Below, piece by piece: positions 1 to 12,342 of a stretch of DNA of 64,000 bases (its first letter is position 1; every line of letters starts with the position of its first letter). This DNA comes from Psammoneis japonica. Its lineage: Eukaryota. Under the pieces are notes generated by a model. That model was not told the origin of the DNA. It worked only from the letters and a program-made list of their open reading frames with translations, and did not search any database. The stretch spans positions 62,001 to 126,000 of the forward strand of contig QPGO01000042.1 of assembly GCA_008632985.1 (NCBI GenBank), read 5' to 3'. The position numbers were made by a program, and so were the translations under genes.

Positions 1-1537
1 GCCGCTCTTTCCTCTTTCCATGCTTGCGCTCCAAATAACTCTCTTCTAATCTCAGGCGTGATTTTCGGGTGGTAATGCTTCTTCACCACCAGACGAAGTG
101 CCTCTCTCGCCTCTTCTTTTAACTCGTTCTTGTATCGTTGAGCAAAGACCAAAAGGCATTGGTGCCACAAAACAGGCAAAGCTCGGTCGTCGTCCACAAA
201 ATCCGCAAAATGTCGAACCAAACTTCCAATTACTGGCGACGGCAACGAGTACTTCTTGTTCAAAAGCGTCTTTATGAAAATTGACGCCGCACCACTATAC
301 TCCAACTGTGCCAGCTTGTGAATGGCAACTGCAGAATGGTGGACAGGTATCGACACCCGTTGCAGCACAGAGGCGACAATAGCTGCTTCACGCAAGGTGC
401 AGTTTTCCTTACAGAGGGGCAGAAGAATACCTTTGAAGAATGCAGCGGGCTTGTACACAGCCTTCTTAAGTGCCATATAGTAGTGGTAATTGAGCTTTCG
501 GTTTGAAACAATATCTGCACGGACGCTGTCCAGCAACACCAAATTGTAGAACCGCTGAGCCATTTTCGGATTCAAATTTGAGGCAAAGATGCGCGTGGCA
601 GCAAACATCGCCTGTGGAGTCCACATGTCTGGCCGAGTCAAGTACAGGACTTCCTCCCAGTTACTCAAAGACGGGATTACTTTGAACGCCTTTGGCAGCT
701 TGCCAGAGGTGTAGCGGCTTAATATCTTGCCAATTTCGGTGTAGACCTACAATCCAAAGCGGCAACAGAAAACAAGTCAATGTCGCCATGCGGGAAACTT
801 TGGGGTATCATAGTCAAAGGCTTACCTCGATCACCTTTGGGGGTAGATCCACCCCGATCTCCTCGTTTTCAACAATATCTCCTCGCTGCCTTGCTTCGTT
901 CTCTTCGATCTTTTCGAGAATAATATCTGCAAGAGTGCGTCGTTCTTCTCCAGTATTCTGCATCATTGACGCTACGACCGCCTCCTCTTCTGCAGACAAT
1001 CCCGGCGCCCCTTCTACAACAGCGACATAACCCCCATCGCGGTGAATGACGCTATAGTGAAAAGCGCGGACAAAGCCAAAGGTCAGGTCTTTCATTCATT
1101 TTTGATTGCTTTCATTTCATGCTCCCCTATCTGTCCGAATGCACTTACTCATCATCATCGTCGTCGAAATTTACAGACCCTTCGTCTTGTTCTTCTTCCT
1201 CGTCACTGCTGTCCATGGTGGAAGCCTCTAGCTGCCGACGACGAGCGTCGTTGTCAGCAGCAGCCGCCGAGGCACGTCTTGCCGCTTGCGCTTCCTCCTC
1301 TTCAATCTCCAACTGTTGCTCCCGACTCAGCTCTAAAATCCTCCGAGAAGTTTTCTCATCGTACAAGTCTCCTTCGTTCTGTTGGTCCGTCAAGTGTTTG
1401 TATCGACGCTTCGCCCTTGTTCCCGCAACAGCAAACTTGCCTCGATCTTCGTCCTGTTGGATTTGCTGTCCAAGTGGGACATGACGAATAGACTGGCCCT
1501 CGAGAGCAGACGAACGGATTTTCTTTACTTTGGGCAT
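1..1537 (-). CDS. BYSL: Bystin / Enp1 (pre-40S assembly factor), 3' end runs off window
   Basis: ATG at 1537 (MPKVKK...RHVPLGQQI); introns ~1150-1052 and ~825-747; the last exon reads [34 protein letters not shown]...[14 protein letters not shown]...[17 protein letters not shown], typical of bystin. Confidence 0.95.
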
Positions 1538-1777
1538 GGCTTTAGGAAACTCACAAACCCTTCTTGTCTTCTTTCTCTCGCCACTGCAAAGAAAACGGCA
1601 AAGGGGACGAATCAAATGATAAAAGTTTGGTGGTTTGGGTGGTCGTGGTCTGTGGATGATGGTCGGCGGTGGCAGTTTGAGGATCACCCGCCCGCGCGAT
1701 GGGATTTCTGCCCGCGCGCGCGCGCGATAAAACCATCGGAACGTCTGTGCGGCCGGCGGGCCCGCGTCGTTCGCAAA

Positions 1778-2240
1778 AGTAGCTACTCTCTCTACTACTA
1801 GCTCTAGCTAGAGGGCTACCGTACTACATACGGTAGAGTAGAGGCACGCATTGACTTTTTCCTTTTTCCCACACTGCGGTATTCATAGCTACTACTACTC
1901 TCTAGTAGTAGGGCGTAGAGTAGAGTAGATAAAGAGGAACTTCTTGTTGCCACACAACGAGCAGTGAAGAATCCAGCTACCATACGAAGTAGCTACTAAC
2001 TACTAGTAGATAGCTCTAGCTAAAGCTAGAGCTAGCTAGTAGAGATAAAGTAGAGCAGAGGGCTACCGTAGGTAGGTAGCTCTACTCTAGAGTAGAGAGT
2101 TGTTCACTCATTATTTTAATGGCCCCATGTGCAGTGTACCATACCTGATGCCGACCGGTACGCTACTCCTCTCCCTCTAGGGCTATGACATAGGCTACCG
2201 TACAGTAGATACCTCCTAGTGTACTTCTCTACTACTGTAC
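1778..2240. repeat. TAG/CTA-rich low-complexity intergenic tract
   Basis: Dense ctag/tagt/ctac/tagag words (e.g. 'agctactaactactagtagatagctctagctaaagctagagctagctagtagag') with almost no TG/CA in the dense patches. Confidence 0.8.
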
Positions 2241-2513
2241 TTAGACTGTCTTGATAGTTTGGAGTGGATCATGTGGCATTGATGAAAAAGGCAGGCGGGT
2301 ACTAACAAAAAGGGTCGGTGCGCCGGTTGTCACCTGGCCATCGCCAGTTTGGTTTTGCGACGACAAAATTGAGAGAAGCATGGAGGTTCGTACTTGCTCA
2401 TGCAACTCCATGTGACATACGAGGCCCTCCAATGTAGACTGAAGGCTTCAAAGAGCGACACAAGTCTGAATTACAAAAAGCCAATCTACTTCGATACTAA
2501 CTGCGGTCCTATT

Positions 2514-3392
2514 TTACCAATCGCCTCCAGCAGCGGCATTGGGGTCCTCTCCACCTTCCCAACTAGTGCCATAAGCAGGATTAGCTGGGGCAGCTCCACC
2601 GGGAACAACCGGGGCCACAAGGGTGGATGGGTCAACAACACCTTCGGCCATGCCATCATCATAGACCGGAGGAGCGGCGGCGGCAGCTGCTGCAGCCGCG
2701 GCAGCTGCAGCGGCCTCATCAAGCTTTGCAGCCTGTTCTTCTTCACTCTTCCTGAGCTCTTCCACATCTCTGTGGAAGAATAGATCGACGGGAACATCCC
2801 AGTCGGTAGCACGGGAGACTGATCCACGCAACCTGAGGATCTCGCGTGCCAAGAGCCAGTAGAGCAAGCCAATGGAGAACTTTCCCTTGTTGTTGGCGGG
2901 GATAGCAACGTCGACGTACTGAAGAGGAGAGTCCGAGTCGCAGAAAGCAATAACAGGAACGTTCACGTAGGATGCCTCGCGAACAGCCTGAGAGTCAGTG
3001 CGTGGGTCCGTGACAACGAGCAGACGAGGCTCGCGGAACTGCTTGGTGATCTGGTTCGTAAAGGTACCTGGAGTGAATCGGCCGGCGATGGACTGCGCTC
3101 CGGTGTAGTGGGCAAACTTGAGAACGGCACGCATACCATAGGGGCGGGCACTGATGGCAATAACGTCCTCGGGATTCTCAATGGCGACAATCACACGAGC
3201 AGCCAAAACGAGTTTTTCCCACGTCTTTCCAATGTTGAGAATGTGCACACCATCGTTACGACGACGCCAGATGTACTCTTCCATGGCGGAATCACTGTTG
3301 CGGGTACCAGTGTGGACGCCCGCGGAGAGCATCATCTGAATATCCTCATCCTTGGGCTGGAGGATCGGGGGGAGATTAGCAAAGGAGGCCAT
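2514..3392 (-). CDS. RPSA: 40S ribosomal protein SA (uS2)
   Basis: Intact ORF from MASFANLPP; motifs [44 protein letters not shown]. Confidence 0.98.
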   Translation of the reverse strand: MASFANLPPILQPKDEDIQMMLSAGVHTGTRNSDSAMEEYIWRRRNDGVHILNIGKTWEKLVLAARVIVAIENPEDVIAISARPYGMRAVLKFAHYTGAQSIAGRFTPGTFTNQITKQFREPRLLVVTDPRTDSQAVREASYVNVPVIAFCDSDSPLQYVDVAIPANNKGKFSIGLLYWLLAREILRLRGSVSRATDWDVPVDLFFHRDVEELRKSEEEQAAKLDEAAAAAAAAAAAAAAPPVYDDGMAEGVVDPSTLVAPVVPGGAAPANPAYGTSWEGGEDPNAAAGGDW

Positions 3393-3672
3393 GGTCAACA
3401 CAATATCAAGCGAAAAAATGTGAGGGAAGGAGATCTCTCGACGCGTAGCACTTCGTACATTTTTTACGTAGCCGAGTTTAGTAAGGGCGGTAACTGTGAC
3501 CACCGGTGTCTTGGAAACTTAAAAACGGTATGTTCGGACAAACTGACTTTCAGATGACACCTGACACTGCGAACTTTGACGACTCCTCCTCCTCGCGATG
3601 ACGGTGAAAGGTGAAAGAATGCTTCGAGTGACGCACAAATCAGGAGACATTGACAAAGAGTAAATCCAAACA

Positions 3673-5927
3673 ATGAACTGTGTTTTGAACTTTGTGTCGA
3701 GAAGTTCCCGTCAGATAGGCTTGGTTTCTTCCTCGCTGCCTTCACGAACGAACCTTGCACGGTTCCTCTCGACGATAGATTATTCAAGAAGTAACAAGTT
3801 TGACCGAGACTCTATCAAGGGACCTCACGGCTCGTACTCGGAGGAATATAATGTATCCATCTCTGAACCCGAACGGTTTTGGTCAAGAGCAGCAGATTTG
3901 TTGTACTGGCACAAAAAGCCTCAAACGATACTTGACAATCAGAGGAGAACTCACACTTTCACCGTTGGTTTCCTGATGGAGTCATCAATACTTGTCACAA
4001 TTGTTTAGATGTACACGTACAGGACGGTAGAGGTGATCTCGACGCCTTGATTTTTGATTCGCCTCTCACTGGCGTCAAGGAGAAGTACACGTATAGTGAC
4101 CTTCTAGAACAAGTTTCAACTTTTGCGGGAGCTCTGCTAGATCTCGGAGTGGAACGTGGCGATCGCGTGGTTATTTACATGCCCATGATTCCCGAGGCTG
4201 TTATCGCCATGCTTGCATGTGCGAGAATCGGTGCTGTTCACTCTGTTGTATTTGGAGGATTCGCTTCGCCTGAGCTTGCCAAACGCATCACAGATTGTCA
4301 ACCAAAGATTGTCGTATCTGCTTCTGCAGGAATTCAACCAGGGGGGCGAATTGTTCCGTACAAGCCGCTCTTGATAAAGCTCTGGAGCTTGCGGATCACA
4401 GTGTGACAAAGTGTGTCATTGTTCAAAGGCCAAATCTTGAGAGCTGCGCGTTGGGTCCGGACGATGTAGACTACAACGACCTCATGGCCAATTCAGAGCC
4501 AGCAGCCACGGTACCACTATTGGCAAATCATACTCATTACGTGCTCTACACATCCGGGACCACGGGATTACCAAAGGGTGTTGTTCGTGATACAGGGTCA
4601 TGGGCAGTGGCATTGAAATGGTCAATGGGAGCTTTCTACAATACAAATCCGGGTGAAGTGTTCTTCACCGCAAGTGACATTGGCTGGGTTGTAGGACATT
4701 CATACATTGTATATGCGCCCCTTTTGAACGGGTGTACAACCATTCTGTACGAAGGAAAGCCTGTTGGCACGCCGGATGCAGGAGCGTTTTGGCGTGTTTG
4801 CAGTGAATACTCTGTCAAGACTTTGTTCGCAGCCCCAACAGCGTTTCGAGCCATGAAGCAAGCGGATCCAGATGCAGATCTTGCAAAAGAGTACGACTTG
4901 AGTAGCTTGGGACATTTGTTTCTTGCTGGAGAACATAGCGACCCCGACACTCTGCACTGGTGTGAAAAAGCTTTAGAGCGGCATGGCATTACTCCAATTG
5001 ATCATTGGTGGCAAACGGAATTAGGATTCCCTGGGGTAGGTTGCAAAATCTCCATGCTTTGTGGACTTTTCAACGAATATCGTTTTGCTCAGCTATTCGT
5101 GTTTTGCCTCGTTCTTGACTGTCCCGACAGGTTGGCAATTCCGTTGGCCTCGGACATGTTCCAATTCGGCATGGAGCTTGTGCTTTTCCTGTCCCTGGGT
5201 TTGACATTCATATTGTAGACGATGAGGGTAATCGACTTCCTCCAGAAACACTTGGAGATATGGTTATAAAGACGCCATTACCTCCCGGGTGCTTTCCAAC
5301 CTTGTACAACGACGACGAACGGTATGTCAAGGACTACATGACAAAATACCCAGGATACTATGACACCGGTGACGCGGCCTACATTGATAGTGACGGGTAC
5401 GTTCACATTATGGGAAGGACAGATGATATCATCAATACTGCTGGTCACCGTCTCAGCACCGGCACAATGGAGGAGGTACTAATGGATCATCCTGAAGTTG
5501 CAGATTGCGCCGTAGTTCGGATGAATGACGACCTCAAAGGCGAAATTCCCCTTGGATTCGTTGTGACCAATGCCGGTAGCACCGTCGATCATGATGTACT
5601 TCGAAAACAATTGATTAGTAGCGTTAGAGACTCTTTGGGACCAGTAGCTAGCTTCAAGAAGGTGGCGGTTGTGAAGGGCTTGCCGAAAACGCGTTCGGGG
5701 AAAATTCTTCGAGGCACAATGACAAAGGTATGTTGCGCTGGTGGTCTTTTGTTTTTCACCTTTTCCTTGACTTATCATTGGATCCGCTCTCCCCTTCTCT
5801 TCACTGCCATTCTAAGTAGATTGCAAACGGGGAGTTGTACCGTGTCACTCCCACCGTGGAAGATGCTTCTATTTTCGAATACCTGAAACCTGAGATTGAG
5901 AAGCTAGCGAGAAGCGAAGTCGAATGA
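3673..5927 (+). CDS. Propionyl-/acetyl-CoA synthetase (ACSS3/PrpE-like AMP-binding enzyme)
   Basis: YVLYTSGTTGLPKG AMP-binding motif, ASDIGWVVGHSY, DHWWQTE, GRTDDIINTAGHRLS, LPKTRSGKILR; introns ~5036-5130 and ~5728-5819; apparent frameshifts near 3945 and 4368. Confidence 0.9.
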
Positions 5928-6213
5928 TCGGTACTGGCTTTGACACACCTAGAGTAGAGGCCACAACCTCCACATTATAGACAAATGACTAGAATCGACT
6001 GGCACGAATGTTCGTACATTCACGATGACGAGCTTGGATAGATTCGCGATTGGTACAGAATGCACGTACATCCTACGTGCGTACATTTCCGACGTAGAAA
6101 ATGGCGGGAAATGCAACGGCTCGTTGCTCGCGACACCGAAACGGCAGAGGAACAAGTGTGTTCACATAATTTGTTCCATTGTGCTCACCAAGAGAAAGTT
6201 TGAAGAGGCCTCA

Positions 6214-7573
6214 ATGTTGATTTCTCCCTCAAAGACTCGCCATCGGGGCGCTCAACACGTTGTCGTCACCAAGGACGATTGGGATGAGTCGTCGACCGAT
6301 TCTTCCATGAACATGAGCAAACAAGATACCACCGGGAAACGCAAGTTATCGATCCGCATCGATTTGGCCGTTATTTTGATTGCGTTGTCCGCTTCTCTTG
6401 CAACATTGATCACGGCTCTCGGTGCCACATACGCTATTTCGCGGAGACACGATCCCCACACCTACTCAATCTCGGATGTAGTGGTAGGGAAAGATCCAAA
6501 GTCGATTCGATTGGCCAACAAAATCGAGCCAATGGCGTCTCCGTATAGTGATAATGACAGCGAGAATGAACAATGGCCAAAGGTTGCATGGCTCATGTCT
6601 TTTCCCAACAGGTGCGTGTTCGATGTGCTAACGAGATAATTTTGTCGAATACTACCTAGTCATTGTTGAACTCAATTGAGCGTATTGATCTTCTTCTTTC
6701 TACAGTGGTACTTCCTTCACAATTCATGTGACCCGAGAAGCATCAAACTCGACAACGGCAACAAACTACGGACTAGAAGGAGAAATCAAGGATCAACCAA
6801 GTGTACCAGCTATTGAGAGTAGCGAGAATGGACCCTATCTCGAGCGGATCCCAGATCGATTCACTCGCACTCCGAAGTATATTTTGACCAAGACACACTG
6901 TGGTGGGTTTTGCGCATCATGCTCACCTCTGAACTACATTGAGACCCCTCGATCTTTCCAGGTTTCTTGTCAAAGTGGCCGTCGTGCAGTCATGACAAAA
7001 GGCGGTCTCAAACTCAAGCGCGTCACCTATGATGCCGATCTTGTTGATCGCGCCGTACACATTATTCGGCATCCGCTTGACAATATTGTAGCCCGCTTTC
7101 ATCTGGAGTTTAATCGCTACAAGCGCATGGGCAACAAGATTTGGACCACCGAGCATCCCTACAACGTGACGGGATTTCAGCGTTGGTGCAGTTCGATTGA
7201 CAGCAAAAAGGAGCTGATGAATACGAGATGGGTTGACGAGTCTCTAGCCAAGTCCTTGAGAGGCGTCCCATGCCATGCCGAGTTCTTTCGCTACATCCAG
7301 TGGCACAACATGGCCATTACAATATCTCGCGATATGGGAATTCCCACACATACGATCCACTACAATGATTACCGAGACGACTTTGATGGCACTTTGAATC
7401 GATTGCTGAACTTTCTAGAGTTGCCACGGGTGAGTCAAGGGATACCGTTCTCCTCTGGTAAAGAGTACAAGCACTACTATACTCCCAAGCAACGTGAAGC
7501 TGTGGAAAGGCTCGTTATGGAGTTGGCTACAGCCGAAACCCGAAAGGAACTGCAGCGGTACAGCTTTTCTTAA
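6214..7573 (+). CDS. Type II membrane sulfotransferase-like (P-loop) protein
   Basis: N-terminal TM helix; WLMSFPN|SGTS (PAPS-binding-like) across intron ~6612-6705; LTKTH, HIIRHPLDNIVARF, LLNFLEL. Confidence 0.65.
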
Positions 7574-7614
7574 TTGCATTCTGCTTGTTCCTAATAATGT
7601 TAACTAAGCCACGT

Positions 7615-8414
7615 TTACCGCATTTTGTAGTATCCTTCCACGTGAGGCTCAACCGGAGCGTCCGGGTTTGGGCCGTGCTGCCTTACTTCCCCGTCGCCAT
7701 GGTACTTGAGCGGGCGAAAGTAGTGAGAAGTCCCCGACTTGGGGCGATGCCAGTGATCACACTGGGTCCTGTCCCTCTCGACTTTCGCCAAAACAGCCTG
7801 AGGCAAAAAGTTGTCCTGATACTGCGCATCGTCGCTCCTAATTTCCCGATAAATGGGAGTTTCGACAATGTAGTTCCAGCCTCGTTTCTTAGCAAAGTAG
7901 GCAGCGTCACTCGCGGATGTAAAGGTAAGCTGCGTTTGAATGTTGCTAGCCATCGGATCCGCCCCCGAGACCCATCCCATGAGGGGATTATCCCAGGTTT
8001 GAGATCCCTCTCCTTCATCCTGGAAGGAGATGATCCAGGTCTTTTCCACCGACTCTGGTCCCTGAACAACCTTGGAGTGTTCTTGACGAATATGAACAGT
8101 TCTCTCTTCTCCGTTTGGCTGCACAAGATCGCGGAAGGCGGCAGGGTCCAACGTGGCAATTTCTGCGGGGTTATCAGGCAACTTTGGGTCCGGTAGACCT
8201 TCTGTAGAGCCAAAAACCATCGCCGTATCGGTCTTGTCCATCTTTTCAATGTAGCGCTTCACCGGTGACTTTTCCTGCTCGAGAGCTGCCTCCGCTCTTC
8301 GGTTGTCATTACCTTATCCTCCTTTTCGCTTGAGAAGCGAGCAGCGGGTATGGTGCGCGTAGCGATAGCTGCACGGCGACTTAAGGAACGCAGTGCCGGA
8401 CGAAGAGACAACAT
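7615..8414 (-). CDS. NDUFS4: NADH:ubiquinone oxidoreductase subunit NDUFS4 (complex I 18 kDa)
   Basis: WDNPLMGWVSGADPM and LTFTSASDAAYFAKKRGWNY; mitochondrial-type presequence MLSLRPALRSLSRR from ATG 8414, joined only via a 1-nt frameshift near 8295. Confidence 0.88.
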
Positions 8415-8744
8415 GGCTACAATACAACGAGAACACCAGCTTCAATTGCAGCAACAGCAACAACACAACTTTGCTCTTCGCTCGTCGCTCGTCTTGTTTT
8501 TTTTTTGTGAAAGTGCCGCGACGCACTTCCAACTTGGAGTTCGCTGATGCGATTTTGAACCAATCAGAATCGTTGAAAGTTGAAAATGGTGGGAGTTGGG
8601 AGTCGGTAGGTCGAAGGGCGGACGGTACCTGCTGAAAAAAATCGCTAGTTATCACGCCGATACCCGCGATGCCACAATGTCGAAAGTCGAAAGCGCCTTT
8701 CCGCAAACTTGTTCAAAGTAGAGTGAGAGACTGAAAGTGTAAAT

Positions 8745-10259
8745 ATGTCGAGTGAACAACAAGATGGTGCTCAGAAAGCTGGGGCCGGTAGAGGCGCGGG
8801 TAGCGGTGGTAAATCGTTGGCGTTGATGCAGCAGCGACTTTTATCAACAGGTGGTGCTACACAGGAATCGGCGACGAATCCCGCAGCAACTCCTGCTGCT
8901 CCCGGAGCTACAGCAACGACAGATCCAGTAGCCCCAGCAATACAGCCGACGCAACCTCTCCCGTCAATGTGGCAGCTCCGCCAGGCGCCGGTCGTCCGAA
9001 AGGAAAGAACTTTGCCGCGATGGCTATGAGTGCAACCGGAAACACTCAGGCAGAAGCACCGGCTCCTCCAGCTACTGCTGCAGCAGCAGCACCGGTGGCT
9101 CCAGCCCCAGCTGCACCAGCAGCTGCATCAGCTGGAGGACGACCTAAAGGAAAGGATTTTGCAGCCATGGCGAACCGCATGGCACCTCCAGCAGCTCCAG
9201 CGCCGGTGGCACAAGCACCCGGAACAATGTCTCGTGCAGCTCAAATGCAAGCAGCAGCTCGGTAAGTTAATTTCAAACTGAAGAATATGAATTACCTTTT
9301 ACCCTGCTGAGTCTTACCCATGAGTGGTACGTATAATTGAAACATGACAGCAAAGCTGCAGGTCTTCCTCCCTTAGCGACACCAACCGCAACTTCCGTGA
9401 CAACAACCTTGCCACCCATTACGACGACAGTACCACCACCCGCACAAGCACCAGTGCCTCCACCGGCTCCTCCTGCGGTGGCGCAACCACCGCCAGTAGC
9501 TGCTACTGCTGCTACTGCTGCTGCTGCTGCTCCTCCTACTGTACAAGCACAACCACCAGTTGCCCCTCCTGTCGCTGCTCCCACTGCAGCATCCGTAGCC
9601 GCTTCCTTTGTGGTGCCACCACCCAACGTGCCTCCCGCTGCAGCTGCCATTGCTGCTGAAGCAAGACAGCAGCACCTTGCCAAGCTCAAACTCGAGGAAC
9701 TAGCCAAACAAAGGGTCAGTCCGTACCAGCATCACAAACACGAGCACCTGCGTCGGCTGGAGCACGTCGAGTGGTGCCACCCCCGGCTCCACCGCCACCC
9801 AAACCAACACCGACTCCCACCGCTGCCGAAGCACGATTGTCGGCACCGCCCACTCCGATTGTACACACTCCACCCATGATTGGACAGCGATTACAAGATC
9901 TCGTTGCGTCGATTGATCCATCGTACACGTTGGATCCTGAAGCAGAGGAACAGGTGCTGCATTTGGCGGATGATTTTCTGGACAAGCTGATACAGCAAAG
10001 CCTGAGGCTAGCAAAGCATTTGGGGAGAAAATCACTTGAGGTTCAAGACGTGCAATTGATGTTGGCAAAGCACTGGGGTATTGTCGTTCCTGGATTAGGA
10101 GCGCCAACGCTCAAGCCGTCAAAACCGGGAAGTCGTGTCGTTTCATCGGGTGGGAGCAAACGCAAAGCGTCGGAATCATCGTCGGGCAGTCGATCCAAGA
10201 AAGCCAACACGGGGACTACCGCGGCTGCCGCATCAACAGCCACCGGGTCCATAGTATAA
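8745..10259 (+). CDS. TAF12: TFIID subunit TAF12 with long Ala/Pro-rich N-terminal extension
   Basis: C-terminal histone fold LQDLVASIDPSYTLDPEAEEQVLHLADDF...LRLAKH...DVQLMLAKHWGIVVPG; intron ~9262-9350; frameshifts near 8960 and 9710. Confidence 0.85.
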
Positions 10260-10913
10260 AGTGTACTTATGTACTAGGAAGTGATATCACCGTATGGCTG
10301 GCTAGAGTAGTTTGTAGCGTACCGCATACTGTAACCTTACCGGCAACTGAAGAAACTAGGGGGAAGTGGGCTTAGTAGGTATGGCTCTATTGCTTTTGTG
10401 TTTACGTAGTACTCTATAAAGTGTGACACAGTACCGCTTCAGTTCTGAAATAAGAAAGGAATTAATCTTTATGGCTAGCACCTTAGAACATACCGTACCA
10501 GGTACCGCGTCAACAGAGTTCTTGAAGTTAGGGCATACCCATAGCGGCGCGAGTCGTCATTACCCTTACATACGTACTGATGAAGCAAGGCAACAGAGAC
10601 TGTATTATGGTGCAATGCTCTGTCACATACTAAACTTATGGCTACTCTTTACCCATAGCTTGTATCAAACAGAATCACAACAAGTGTATAAAGAAACCAG
10701 AAGACAACAAGCTGAGAAGAGTAGCGTATAATAATGAAAAAAACAAACGCTACTAAAACACTAAATTCAAATTAGCAAGAAGCGCCAAGCACTAACTGCA
10801 ATTTGCACAGGGTTCGAGCGGTCCCCTCCGCATTTCCCCAAAGGCAAGTCGAATAACCGGCAAGCCAAGTAAACATACCGATAATAGCCTTTCAGACCAG
10901 CAGCATAGACCCA

Positions 10914-11559
10914 TTAGAACTTTCCTTTCTTGCCCTTTGTCGACTTGTTAATAAGACTCTTGTGGATGTGCGGGATGACACCACCGCCAGCAATGGTAGC
11001 CTTGATGAGGGCGTCGAGTTCTTCGTCTCCACGAATCGCGAGCTGAAGATGCCTCGGTGTGATACGCTTGACCTTGAGATCTTTGCACGCGTTCCCGGCG
11101 AGCTCCAATACCTCAGCGGTGAGGTATTCGAGAATAGCCGACGTGTATACAGCAGCGGTGGCACCGACACGTTGGCTATGCTGTACGGATCCCTTGAGGA
11201 AACGATGCACACGACCGACGGGGAATTGCAATCCAGCCTTACTGGAGCGCGACTGCGGTGCTTTCTTCGTGATGGGGGCCTTACCGCCCTTGCCACCTTT
11301 TCCGCCCTTTCCTCCTTTGCCAGACTGAAAGTTGGGAGAGAGAAAGAGTAAGCAGAAGGAGTGAGTGGATCAAAGAGCATGGTGGTGAAGTGCATGGCCG
11401 CGCCCAAATATTCAAAACCGCGTCAAGGCTACTTCGAGAGAAGTAAGCTAAAAAAGTCTCACGGCGAAAAAGCACGACACATCCTTGACAACCACGCTTT
11501 GCAAACAACTCAACGCTCCGCTATCGTTTTAAACAATCACATAACGCCGTCGTCACCAT
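10914..11559 (-). CDS. H2A.Z: Histone H2A.Z
   Basis: Exon 11324-10914: [12 protein letters not shown]...[17 protein letters not shown]...RVGATAAVY...[41 protein letters not shown]. The start codon probably lies on an ATG-only first exon (candidate ATG|GTGACG at 11559, uncertain). Confidence 0.95.
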
Positions 11560-12342
11560 GAACAAACATCAAGCCGCGGAAAAGATTGGTGAAGGAGGTG
11601 ACAAGTTTATGCCGTCGACAGAGGCAAAACGAACGCGCGCTCACCATTTTCTCGTGTGTTGTGGGTTGGTTCGGATGGAGCTCGCGCAATTGTGTCGTTT
11701 TTTCAGACAAGAATATTCAAAACGAGACGGTTCAAATGCCTGGTACATTTCCTACGATGGGGTACCTACGGCAGATGCTTACCAAAAATCGAGTGGATTT
11801 CCAACGGCATGTTTCTGTGCACCTTGGTAATAAGCCTACATACAGTGTCTTATTACGGAGTCCCACGGACGCAGAAAAGCCGGCCCGAACCAGCGCGACT
11901 CTACTGTATGCGCGAAGTCATGCGCGATCGTCCTCCAATCTATGGCATACAGGATTTAGTGCTGTTTCCATTAATAAAATATATAAATAAATATATAAAG
12001 CATTTACGTTTTGGAATCTCGCCACAGTACGTTTTCTACGTAAGATTCTACTGAAAAAATTGAAATAAATATACTTTCAATGCTGAATAATTTCTATAGT
12101 ATACTCCTCAAGATCCGCCTGAAGATCTTTACCGGCAGTACTTTTGATTGGCTCTCGTTCTCTGTTTCTTCTTTTCTTCCTGCAAATCCATTCCACCTTT
12201 CCTCCCTCCCTTTCCTTTTGCTTCCACCCACTTCGTTGAGCAGCAGCAACGGTTGGATCTTTAATCGACTGTCGAAGCTTGGATCTACTGATTTGAGACA
12301 CGAGGCAAAGGAAAGTGTTACCGAACTGAAGTGCCGGACAAA

